From: Clostridia bacterium
GTDB taxonomy: Bacteria > Bacillota > Clostridia > RGIG6154
DNA length: 64,000 bases
Assembly (NCBI GenBank): GCA_045593265.1
Contig: JAZNWH010000089.1
Span: 741 to 64,740 of the forward strand
Reading direction: 5' to 3'
The position numbers and the translations under genes are program-made. A model generated the notes under the pieces. It ran no database searches, was not told the origin of the DNA, and worked only from the letters and a program-made list of their open reading frames with translations. This document shows positions 51,054 to 59,654 of the stretch, in pieces. How positions within the stretch are numbered: the stretch's first letter is position 1; the number at the start of each line of letters is the position of its first letter.

Positions 51054-51317
51054 ATGCCTAATATTAAATCAGCTAAGAAGAGAGTTATGGTTGCAGAAAT
51101 CAGACACGGTCGTAATCAGGCTGTTAAAACTAACTTAAAAACTTTCATAAAGAAGTTTGAAGCTGCTGTAAGAAAAGGTGATAAAGCTTTAAGCCAGGAA
51201 CTTTTAAATACAACAGTTAAGAAGATTGATCAGGCTGTTGCTAAGGGTGTTCTTAAAAAGAATACTGCTGCAAGAAAGAAATCACAGCTTGCTAAAAGCT
51301 TTAATTCTATTGCCTAA
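51054..51317 (+). CDS. rpsT: 30S ribosomal protein S20
   Basis: MPNIKSAKKRVMVAEIRHGRNQ..; GGAGGTG ribosome-binding site; the ORF-track start at 51033 is an upstream in-frame artefact. Confidence 0.95.
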   Translation: MPNIKSAKKRVMVAEIRHGRNQAVKTNLKTFIKKFEAAVRKGDKALSQELLNTTVKKIDQAVAKGVLKKNTAARKKSQLAKSFNSIA

Positions 51318-51337
51318 GGTCTTTAAAAGGTTCGCAC

Positions 51338-51364
51338 AGAGGCAGAATTGCTGCCTCTTTTTTG
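51338..51364 (+). terminator. Rho-independent terminator after rpsT
   Basis: agaggcag-aatt-ctgcctct followed by TTTTTT. Confidence 0.75.
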
Positions 51365-51451
51365 TGTACCTTGTTTTTATTTAGTTAACTATTTTTCTGC
51401 TTTGTATTGACTTTGATTTAAAAAAATTATACAATATACAATGGTGATAAA

Positions 51452-52228
51452 ATGAGTTACAAATTTATATTTGTTGACGACGAAGAATTGCTTCGCAGAA
51501 ATCTTCCTTATATGACAGACTGGAATGCCCTCGGTTTTGACTTTGCAGGGTCTTTTTCTACTGCAACCGAAGCTCTTAATTATATCCAGAACAATAAAAT
51601 TGATTTAGTTTTATCCGATATACGACTTGGCGAAGAATCAGGACTTGAGCTTGCAGAAATACTTGATAACGAATTTCCTAACATTCTTGTAGTTTTAATA
51701 AGTGCATATAAAGAGTTTGAGTATGCAAAAAAAGCTATTGAATGTCATGTGTTCTCATACCTTACCAAGCCTACCTCTTACGATGATATCATAGAATTGT
51801 TTAATAATGCAAAAAAAGAGCTTGATTTACGTATCTACGGTCAGGAAATTTCACCGGTTGCAAGTAAGGAACATTCATCAAGCAAAAAATCAATAGAAAA
51901 AGCTATCAACTATATAAATGAACACTTTACAGAAGATATTACCCGTGAACATATTGCAAGCTATCTTGATATGAATCCGGAATATTTCAGCAGATATTTT
52001 AAAAAACATACAGGTAAAAAGATGGTTGATTATGTAAATGAGCTAAGAATCGGTTATGCTAAAAAACTCCTTGCTGAAACTAACATTAAAATATATGAAA
52101 TATGTACTAAATGCTGTTATAAGAGTATGCACTATTTTCTTATGCTTTTTAAACAATATACAAATATGACCCCTAACGAATACAGGGCAATACATTTTAA
52201 AAACGAGGAAGAAGGCCGTGAGAATTAA
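51452..52228 (+). CDS. Two-component response regulator with an AraC-type helix-turn-helix (YesN-like)
   Basis: CheY-like receiver domain (..DLVLSDIRLGEESG..); C-terminal AraC helix-turn-helix. Confidence 0.85.
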   Translation: MSYKFIFVDDEELLRRNLPYMTDWNALGFDFAGSFSTATEALNYIQNNKIDLVLSDIRLGEESGLELAEILDNEFPNILVVLISAYKEFEYAKKAIECHVFSYLTKPTSYDDIIELFNNAKKELDLRIYGQEISPVASKEHSSSKKSIEKAINYINEHFTEDITREHIASYLDMNPEYFSRYFKKHTGKKMVDYVNELRIGYAKKLLAETNIKIYEICTKCCYKSMHYFLMLFKQYTNMTPNEYRAIHFKNEEEGREN

Positions 52229-53930
52229 TCTTTTCAAGGAACGCAGCGAACTAAGATGGAATAAAATACTCCAAAGTTACTGGAAAACTCTTACTGTTAC
52301 TTTTTTAATTCCATTTTTGCTTATTAACCTGCTGGTATCCGTTTACTACAGACATATTCTGGTAAATCAATCTATTTCAAATCAGCTTACTGCCCTTTAC
52401 CAAAAACATTCATTACTTGACAATGTTGCACATGAAGCTGAAATTATATATTCACAGCTGTCCGCAAATGATACGGTCAGTGATTTTTTTGCGTTCAAAA
52501 ATGCAAACGATACCAAGGATTACTATTTTGATGGTCTCGGAGATGTTATCAAAAATATAACTGTCCTGAGTTCAAACCTCGATTCAATCTATTTATATAA
52601 CGAATCTGCCGATTATGTCTTCTCCTCAAGAACACCAGGCAAAATTTCAACTTTTTTTGATAATGAATGGTATAATCTTTATAAAGAAAAAAAACTTAGC
52701 TTTGTAACCTCGAGAATTTTTGACAACAAGCTTCTTATAACATACTGCTTTGCAGTAAACGCAAATTCACCTGAAATGGGATTTATTGTTGTTAATTTTA
52801 ATATGATAGACCTTTTTTCATTTTCTGTTTCGGAAGATGTGCACAATGTAAAGCTTTTGGATGAAAATGGTTTTACTTTTGAAAGAATTGATAATTCTAT
52901 ACAAAAAACTTCAAATAATACTATAGTCCGTTTTATAGACAATTCCCAAAAGAGCGGAAGCTATACAACGCTATCAACTGCAGGTACATATTTAAAATCT
53001 ACAGACGGTATTTTTACATTGTTTATCGAAAAGGAAAGCATTTTTGAAGACAATGAATATTTTACATTACTAATTTTATTAATGTCAATTATCCTGCTGG
53101 CAGTTTTTCTGTCCTTTATTCTTGCATATATGCTTTCATCAAAGCTTTATAATTACATTGCAGACATTGCTCTTTCCACTGATGCTACAGGTAATATAGA
53201 AGAAAGAGATGCACTTACAAGTGTAATCACAAAAATTGCTGCCAATTCTTTAAGTTCAAAAGAAGCTGATACAGAGCTTGCTGAAAAGGTTTCTCTGCTG
53301 CGGCAAAGTCAGACTATTGCTCTGCAAACTCAAATAACCCCTCATTTCCTGTACAATACACTTCAGGCAATTAATTTTACTACACTTAAGCTTTGTAACG
53401 GAGATAACGATGCATCCCGTATGATAGTTCTTTTCTCAGAGCTTCTGCATGCGGCACTTGATACCAAAGAATACCTTGTTCCTTTAAAAACGGAAATTGA
53501 ATACGTAAAACAATATCTTAAAATCCAGCAGTACAAATATGGTGATAAGTTCAGCTTCATCTTAGACCTTGATGAAAATACTGATAATATAACCGTTGTA
53601 AAGCTTATGCTTCAACCTATAGTGGAAAACGCAATACATCACGGAATTTTGCCATCAAAAAGAAAATGCAGGATTATACTGTCTGCTATAACAACATCCG
53701 AAAAATTCATAATTAAAGTTTCAAATGACGGAGTAAGTATTCCTGCAGATAAAGTGCTTGAAATTAATTCTATGCTGGAAAATTCAAAAGAAATTTCACA
53801 AACAAATCATATAGGGCTTTCAAATGTAAATCAAAGAATTAAGCTTATCTTCGGAGACAGCTACGGTTGCAGAATTCACTCAACTGATTCTCTTACCACA
53901 ATAACAGTTACTTTGCCTTTGAACAATTAA
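52218..53930 (+). CDS. Sensor histidine kinase (YesM-like, with HAMP / His-kinase internal region / HATPase)
   Basis: Two transmembrane segments flanking an extracellular sensing region; PHFLYNTL H-box; HATPase_c C-terminus; overlaps the response-regulator gene stop. Confidence 0.85.
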   Translation: MRINLFKERSELRWNKILQSYWKTLTVTFLIPFLLINLLVSVYYRHILVNQSISNQLTALYQKHSLLDNVAHEAEIIYSQLSANDTVSDFFAFKNANDTKDYYFDGLGDVIKNITVLSSNLDSIYLYNESADYVFSSRTPGKISTFFDNEWYNLYKEKKLSFVTSRIFDNKLLITYCFAVNANSPEMGFIVVNFNMIDLFSFSVSEDVHNVKLLDENGFTFERIDNSIQKTSNNTIVRFIDNSQKSGSYTTLSTAGTYLKSTDGIFTLFIEKESIFEDNEYFTLLILLMSIILLAVFLSFILAYMLSSKLYNYIADIALSTDATGNIEERDALTSVITKIAANSLSSKEADTELAEKVSLLRQSQTIALQTQITPHFLYNTLQAINFTTLKLCNGDNDASRMIVLFSELLHAALDTKEYLVPLKTEIEYVKQYLKIQQYKYGDKFSFILDLDENTDNITVVKLMLQPIVENAIHHGILPSKRKCRIILSAITTSEKFIIKVSNDGVSIPADKVLEINSMLENSKEISQTNHIGLSNVNQRIKLIFGDSYGCRIHSTDSLTTITVTLPLNN

Positions 53931-53933
53931 GCA

Positions 53934-55115
53934 TTGCTTAGGGAGATTAATATGGAACTTATATTTAAAATTTTTATCAAAAACAAGGATGATTTAAAAA
54001 ATCCAAAGGTACGTGCTTCTTATGAGACATTCGGAAGTGTTACCGGAATTGTTATGAATTTTATACTTTTTATGATTAAATTACTCGCAGGTATTATTTC
54101 CGGCTCTGTAAGTATTATGGCAGACGCTGTTAATAACTTATCGGACGCAGGCTCATCTGTAATAACACTTATAGGATTCAGGCTTTCAAAAAAGCCAGCA
54201 AGCAAAACCCATCCCTTTGGACATGGAAGAATTGAATACCTGAGTGCAGTATTTGTTTCACTTATTATTATTTTAATGGGATTCGAACTTTTTAAATCTG
54301 CCCTTGCCAAAATCATTAATCCTGAAAGTATTTATGCTGATTTTGCGTCTGTTCTTATTATGGTACTTGCAATACTTGCAAAAGGATTTATGTTCTTCTT
54401 TTACAATAAGATAGCAAAAAAAATCAATTCAGATTCCCTTAAAGCTGCTGCCAAAGACTCTTTGAGCGATTGTATTGCAACAGGTGCTGTTATTATTGGA
54501 TTATTTATCTTTATCCTTTTTGATATTAATATCGATGCATATCTAGGTCTTGGTGTATCATTATTTATTCTTTACACAGGAATAACTGCAGTTAAAGATT
54601 CACTTTCCCCACTGCTTGGAGAACCACCATCAAAAGAAATGGTTGAAGAAATTGAAAAAATTGTTATGGGACACGATGAAGTTTGTGGTATTCACGATTT
54701 AATTATTCACAACTACGGACCTGATAAATATATAATAACTCTTCACGCAGAAGTTCCTGCTTCAGGTGATATTCTCCTGCTTCACGATAAAATTGACCAT
54801 ATTGAACGAGAGCTGGGAGAAAAGCTTGGCTGTATAGCAACCATACATATGGATCCTGTTGAAACTGACAATGAGTTGGTAAATGAGATTAAAGAATTTG
54901 CAGCATCTGTAATCAAAAGCATTGATTCTTCCCTCTCATTCCACGATTTCCGTATAGTTACAGGTAATACACATACAAATCTTATCTTTGACCTTATAAT
55001 TCCCCATAATTATAAAATGAGCGAAGACGACTTGCAGCAGCTTGTAGCCTACGAAATTCACAGAAGAAACACACATTACTATGCAGTGATACAGGTAGAA
55101 CAATCTTACATATAA
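53934..55115 (+). CDS. Cation diffusion facilitator (CDF) family transporter
   Basis: Six transmembrane segments; HG/HD pairs; typical CDF C-terminal cytoplasmic domain (..HDLIIHNYGPDKYIITLHAEV..). Confidence 0.85.
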   Translation: MLREINMELIFKIFIKNKDDLKNPKVRASYETFGSVTGIVMNFILFMIKLLAGIISGSVSIMADAVNNLSDAGSSVITLIGFRLSKKPASKTHPFGHGRIEYLSAVFVSLIIILMGFELFKSALAKIINPESIYADFASVLIMVLAILAKGFMFFFYNKIAKKINSDSLKAAAKDSLSDCIATGAVIIGLFIFILFDINIDAYLGLGVSLFILYTGITAVKDSLSPLLGEPPSKEMVEEIEKIVMGHDEVCGIHDLIIHNYGPDKYIITLHAEVPASGDILLLHDKIDHIERELGEKLGCIATIHMDPVETDNELVNEIKEFAASVIKSIDSSLSFHDFRIVTGNTHTNLIFDLIIPHNYKMSEDDLQQLVAYEIHRRNTHYYAVIQVEQSYI

Positions 55116-55341
55116 AAGAGGGTGTAGCAAAATGCACAGACCACACAAGGCAAAAGAAAGGCTTAACAAAGCCTTTGAATTCGGCTTTGTTAGCTCAGTT
55201 TCCTATAGCATCGAAAAGCGTACTTTGCTTTTCGCCAATGCTATGGATACGAGGAATGCCCAAGAAAACAAGTTTTAAACGAAGTTTGATTGGATGCATT
55301 CTACCGTTGTCCAATCTGCACTATTTTCCGTCCACCCCAAA

Positions 55342-55384
55342 GGAGCTGTAGCAAAACGAAATCCGTTTTGCTACAGCTCCTTTT
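55342..55384. terminator. Strong bidirectional stem-loop terminator
   Basis: ggagctgtagcaaaacg-aaatc-cgttttgctacagctcc followed by TTTT. Confidence 0.75.
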
Positions 55385-55397
55385 ATATATTAATTGT

Positions 55398-55718
55398 CTA
55401 TTTTGATTTTTTGTCAGGTCTCTTGATTTTGTTCCATTCCTGATACGCTTCTTCTTTATCCTTTGTAGTTAAGTTAACATCAAAGTTTTCCTCGTCCTTT
55501 AAAAGAACTATTGAATATGTACCGTTGTCGTAACGAAATTCATATTTTTTACCTTCAACCTCACAGCTGCCTAATGTAAACTTGGTAATATTATGCTCAT
55601 TGTTATTTTGATTATTATTTCTGTGATGGTTGTTTCGTCCTGAATGATTGTTACGGTGATTTCTCTGGGAGTTTGATTTCCCATTAGAGTTATTTGCATT
55701 TTTATTGTTTTCTGCCAT
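55398..55718 (-). CDS. Hypothetical protein with an Asn/His-rich low-complexity N-terminus and a small C-terminal domain
   Basis: NNKNANNSNGKSNSQRNHRNNHSGRNNHHRNNNQNNNEHN followed by ..GKKYEFRYDNGTYSIVLL..; no signal peptide. Confidence 0.5.
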   Translation of the reverse strand: MAENNKNANNSNGKSNSQRNHRNNHSGRNNHHRNNNQNNNEHNITKFTLGSCEVEGKKYEFRYDNGTYSIVLLKDEENFDVNLTTKDKEEAYQEWNKIKRPDKKSK

Positions 55719-55783
55719 TTTACTATCCTCATCATATAAATTTAACTGACATAATTATATCAGTTTTAAACTGCAATGTCAAA

Positions 55784-56767
55784 TCAAGAATTAAATTCAT
55801 AAATTTTCACATCAATCAGCTTTTTACAATCGCACTTTCCTGAATTTATTTTTTCAAGCATCGCATCAACTGCAACACATGAGAGAGTGTCTCCTTCCAT
55901 TCCTACACTCACAATATCAAAAGGAAACTTGTAATTGATATTTACTGCATCAAAACTTACCATAGGAATATTGATACTGTCATATTTTTGCTTAAGCTTT
56001 GCTTTGATTTCAAAAGCTACAAAATCCGAAAAAGCAATTATTGAGTCAAAATCATTAATTTTCTTCAAGGTTTCATCAATTTTATTTTCAGTATCTCCGC
56101 ATATTGGATTGAGTTCTGCAAACCTTGTTTCAGGTATATCAATTCCGTTTTCATCGAAAACATCTTTTATTCCTCTGAACCTTTCAACACTTGAACATAT
56201 ATGCTTATATGCACCGAAATATATAATACTTTTATAGCCTTTGCTGAGAAGATATTCTCCTGCAATTCTTCCACCTTTATAATCATCTGCACAAACATAA
56301 TCCGTTTCATAATCCGTAAAATATCTGCAGATAAGTATGTAAGGAATCTGAAGTTTATCTAAAAATTCAACGTTTCGTGTGCTTTTCTGACAAGGACATA
56401 AAAATATTCCGTCAACTTGTTTGCTGCAAGCAGAAACAATAGCTTCATATTCCGTTTCTTCATCCTCGTTTGTGTTAAGAATAAAAACAGAATAATTGAA
56501 TTCTCTTATTTTCATTTCTATCATTTTTACCTGCTGGGCTATATACGGATTGGAAATGTCAGGAACGATAACTGCTACCGTATGGGTTTTTCCCGAACGA
56601 AGAGAAACTGCAGCACTGTTTGAAATATACCCCATTTCCCTTGCAGCCTTCAAAACCTTATTCTTTGTCTCTTCAGATATATCGTCAATCCCATTTAATA
56701 CATGGGATACAGTTCCTATCGTTACTCCTAATTTGTTTGCAATATCTTTAAGTGTTACCTTCTTCAT
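55784..56767 (-). CDS. LacI family transcriptional regulator
   Basis: N-terminal helix-turn-helix MKKVTLKDIANKLGVTIGTVSHVLNG; periplasmic-binding-protein-like effector domain. Confidence 0.9.
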   Translation of the reverse strand: MKKVTLKDIANKLGVTIGTVSHVLNGIDDISEETKNKVLKAAREMGYISNSAAVSLRSGKTHTVAVIVPDISNPYIAQQVKMIEMKIREFNYSVFILNTNEDEETEYEAIVSACSKQVDGIFLCPCQKSTRNVEFLDKLQIPYILICRYFTDYETDYVCADDYKGGRIAGEYLLSKGYKSIIYFGAYKHICSSVERFRGIKDVFDENGIDIPETRFAELNPICGDTENKIDETLKKINDFDSIIAFSDFVAFEIKAKLKQKYDSINIPMVSFDAVNINYKFPFDIVSVGMEGDTLSCVAVDAMLEKINSGKCDCKKLIDVKIYEFNS

Positions 56768-56853
56768 TTTTCACCTCATAAATTCACTATAAATTATAGT
56801 ACACAATTTCCGTAAATTTGTCAATGTTTTTGTTGACAAAACTGTTTGTTTAT

Positions 56854-56892
56854 GCTACTATAACCTTATAGTTGCTATAAGGTTATAGTAGC
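56854..56892. promoter_or_regulatory. Perfect 39-bp palindromic operator candidate (18-bp arms, 3-bp centre) overlapping the -10 of the downstream sugar operon
   Basis: gctactataaccttatag-ttg-ctataaggttatagtagc; TTGACA at 56833-56838; 17-nt spacer; TACTAT at 56856-56861. Confidence 0.6.
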
Positions 56893-56907
56893 GTTTTAAA
56901 GATTGGA

Positions 56908-58317
56908 GTGAATACAATGGAAAACAAAAAATTAACCTTTGCTTTGTTTTTTGGTAACCGAGGCTTCTTCCCCGGAGAATTAATTTCTTCAGCAAGAGAT
57001 GATATGGTAAAAGCTATGGAAAGAAATGGCTTTAACTATATTATTATGGATGCCTCTCTTACACGCTTTGGAGCAGTAGAAACTATTGAAGAAGGAAAGC
57101 TTTACAGTAATTTTCTTAAAGAAAATCAGGGAAAATTTGACGGAATTATCCTTTCTTTACCTAATTTCGGCGATGAAAACGGAGCATCAGTTGCATTAAA
57201 GGATGCAAATGTTCCTATACTGGTTCAGGCATATCCTGACGAAAAAGGACTGATGGACTTTTCACACCGACGTGATTCTTTATGTGGTAAAATTGCTATG
57301 TGCAATGTTCTTCGTCAATGCAAAATAAAATACACACTTACAAAGGATGCTACTGTTTCTCCAAACAGCACCGACTTTGATGAAGACCTTAGAAATTTTG
57401 CTGCAATTTGCCGAGTTGTACGCAAGCTTAAAAGTTTTAATATCGGTGCAATCGGTGCAAGAACAACTGCATTTAAAACTGTCCGTATTGACGAAATTGC
57501 TATGCAGAACAAAAATATAAATGTAGAAACCATTGACCTGAGTGTTGTTTTTGATATGATGGATAATGTTGATTTAAAAGAACTTGAAGCAAAGAAAACA
57601 TATTACAGCAATCTCTCTGACTTTGGTACATATCCTCCCGAAAAACTTGAAAACATATCCCGTTTTGGTGTCGTTATGGATACGCTCATTAAGGACTACA
57701 ATTTACACGCAGTAGGCATCCGTTGCTGGAATGAGTTCGAAACCAAATACAAAATCGCTCCTTGTCTTGTATTAAGCGATTTAAATGAAAGAGGAATCCC
57801 TGCAGCCTGTGAGCTTGATATTAACAATGCAATTATGATGTATGCTCTCCAGGAGGCATCTGAAAATCCTGTTATGCTTCTTGATGCTAACAACAATTAT
57901 CACGAAGAAAAGGATAAAATGATACTTTTCCACTGTTCTGCAATACCAAAATCTTTCTTTAAAGGAAAAACAAAAATCGCAGAACATCTTATGTTCAAAA
58001 AATCCTTTGGCGAAGGCACGGGTGTAGGTATCGTTAACGGAGAAATTTCCACAGGCGACGTTACCATAGGAAGCTTCAAAACGGAAGATGGCAAGCTTTG
58101 TGCATTTACATCAGAAATGACTCTTACCGATGACGAAATAGAAGAAAGCTTCTTCGGTTGTGGTGTTGTTGCAAAATCACAATCAACTCAGGATGTTTTG
58201 AAATATATGTTTGAAAACGGATACAGACACCATGTTGCTATTGCCAAGGGCTCTTGGGCACCTGCTGTTAAAGAAGCAATGGAAAAATACCTCGGTTACG
58301 ATGCCGATATTATTTAA
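56908..58317 (+). CDS. L-fucose/L-arabinose isomerase family protein (COG2407-like sugar isomerase)
   Basis: N-terminal ..LTFALFFGNRGFFPGEL.. Rossmann-like swivel region typical of FucI/AraA-family isomerases; 469 aa; co-operonic with a ketose epimerase. Confidence 0.5.
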   Translation: MNTMENKKLTFALFFGNRGFFPGELISSARDDMVKAMERNGFNYIIMDASLTRFGAVETIEEGKLYSNFLKENQGKFDGIILSLPNFGDENGASVALKDANVPILVQAYPDEKGLMDFSHRRDSLCGKIAMCNVLRQCKIKYTLTKDATVSPNSTDFDEDLRNFAAICRVVRKLKSFNIGAIGARTTAFKTVRIDEIAMQNKNINVETIDLSVVFDMMDNVDLKELEAKKTYYSNLSDFGTYPPEKLENISRFGVVMDTLIKDYNLHAVGIRCWNEFETKYKIAPCLVLSDLNERGIPAACELDINNAIMMYALQEASENPVMLLDANNNYHEEKDKMILFHCSAIPKSFFKGKTKIAEHLMFKKSFGEGTGVGIVNGEISTGDVTIGSFKTEDGKLCAFTSEMTLTDDEIEESFFGCGVVAKSQSTQDVLKYMFENGYRHHVAIAKGSWAPAVKEAMEKYLGYDADII

Positions 58318-58336
58318 TTAAAGGAGAGAAAAAAAG

Positions 58337-59221
58337 ATGAATAAACTTGGAATTTTTATGAATTTCTGGGAGAAAAACTGGGATGCAGACCACAAAAAGT
58401 ATATTAAAAAGGCTGCAGAAATCGGATATGATGTTTTAGAATTTCAGGCTCAGCCACTTCTTGAAATGTCAGATGAAAAAATACGTTCTTTAAAAGCTCT
58501 TGCCGACGAGATGGGAATAGAGCTTACCTACAGTCTCGGTCTTGACAGAAACTACGATGTGTCTTCTCTTGATGAAAATGTAAGAAAAGGCGGAGTTACA
58601 TACTTACAGAACATTATAAGAAAAATGCACGTTGGAGGAGGAACACTTCTTTCAGGAGTTAGCTATGCAGGTTGGGGTACTCCTGATAATTTTCTCGGCG
58701 ATAAACGGCCCTATTGGGAACAGAGTATAAAAAGCATGAAAGAAATTATAAAGGTTGCAGAAGACTGTGGTGTTACCTACTGTGTTGAAGCTGTAAACCG
58801 TTTTGAAACCTGTCTTATAAATACAGCAAAAGAAGCTCTTGATTATGTATCGGAAATTGACAGCAAAAATATAGGTGTATTGCTCGATACATACCATATG
58901 AACATAGAAGAAGCGTCAATCGGCGATGCAATCCGTCTTGTTGGCGACAAGCTTACAAGCTTCCACACAGGCGAAAACAACCGTACCGCTCCTGGAAAAG
59001 GACACCTTAACTGGGATGAAATATTCTCCGCATTATCCGAAATCGGATATAAAAACCGCATTGTATGTGAACCTTTTGTAATGCAGGGCGGAGAAGTAGG
59101 AAGAGACATTCATGTATACAGAGACCTTATTGATAATCCTACCGAAGAAAGAATTGACCAGGAAGCAGCATATATTCTTGAATTTGAAAGAAATATGCTC
59201 AAAAAATGGAATATGGCATAA
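58337..59221 (+). CDS. Ketose 3-epimerase (D-psicose/D-tagatose 3-epimerase family; xylose-isomerase-like TIM barrel)
   Basis: FWEKNWDADH, VNRFETCLINTAKE, LLDTYHMNIEE, HTGENNRTAPGKGHLNW and EPFV match hallmark segments of characterised D-psicose 3-epimerases. Confidence 0.8.
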   Translation: MNKLGIFMNFWEKNWDADHKKYIKKAAEIGYDVLEFQAQPLLEMSDEKIRSLKALADEMGIELTYSLGLDRNYDVSSLDENVRKGGVTYLQNIIRKMHVGGGTLLSGVSYAGWGTPDNFLGDKRPYWEQSIKSMKEIIKVAEDCGVTYCVEAVNRFETCLINTAKEALDYVSEIDSKNIGVLLDTYHMNIEEASIGDAIRLVGDKLTSFHTGENNRTAPGKGHLNWDEIFSALSEIGYKNRIVCEPFVMQGGEVGRDIHVYRDLIDNPTEERIDQEAAYILEFERNMLKKWNMA

Positions 59222-59654
59222 TAAACACAGAAAACGTGTTTATTATACGCTCCGCGAGGATTTAATAAGTGCGTACGAAATTTTCCTCACTATGTTCGGA
59301 AACGTACATGCACAATTATACCAAATTCCTTTGGAATTATGGTATAATAATTACGTTAATGATTAAAACCTACGGTTTTTAATTATGTAATCATTGTACC
59401 GACTTGAAGCAAACCGATTGCGGTTTGCACTTATGGTATAATAATACACTTATTATCTTGAAAATTTTTTACATCGAGATTATAATATAGCTAACGGAGG
59501 TATTGACGTGAAAAATCACGTTAATTGATTAAAAAAGCCCGTGCGATATTTTTGCCAAAAGCAAAACGCACATGGGCAAAATATCCATTTAACGCCTTAT
59601 CTGCCTACGATATGGTGTTAAGATTTTCCTTTACTATTTGTAGGCAGAAAGGCT

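Noticed and set aside
55188-55262. tRNA-like string ..TTAGCTCAGTTTCCTATAGCA.. resembling a tRNA D-arm
   Set aside because: No cloverleaf can be completed: there is no T-arm GTTCRANYC, the anticodon loop does not fit and the acceptor stem is unmatched. It is better explained as part of a long imperfect hairpin, or at most an ancient tRNA remnant.
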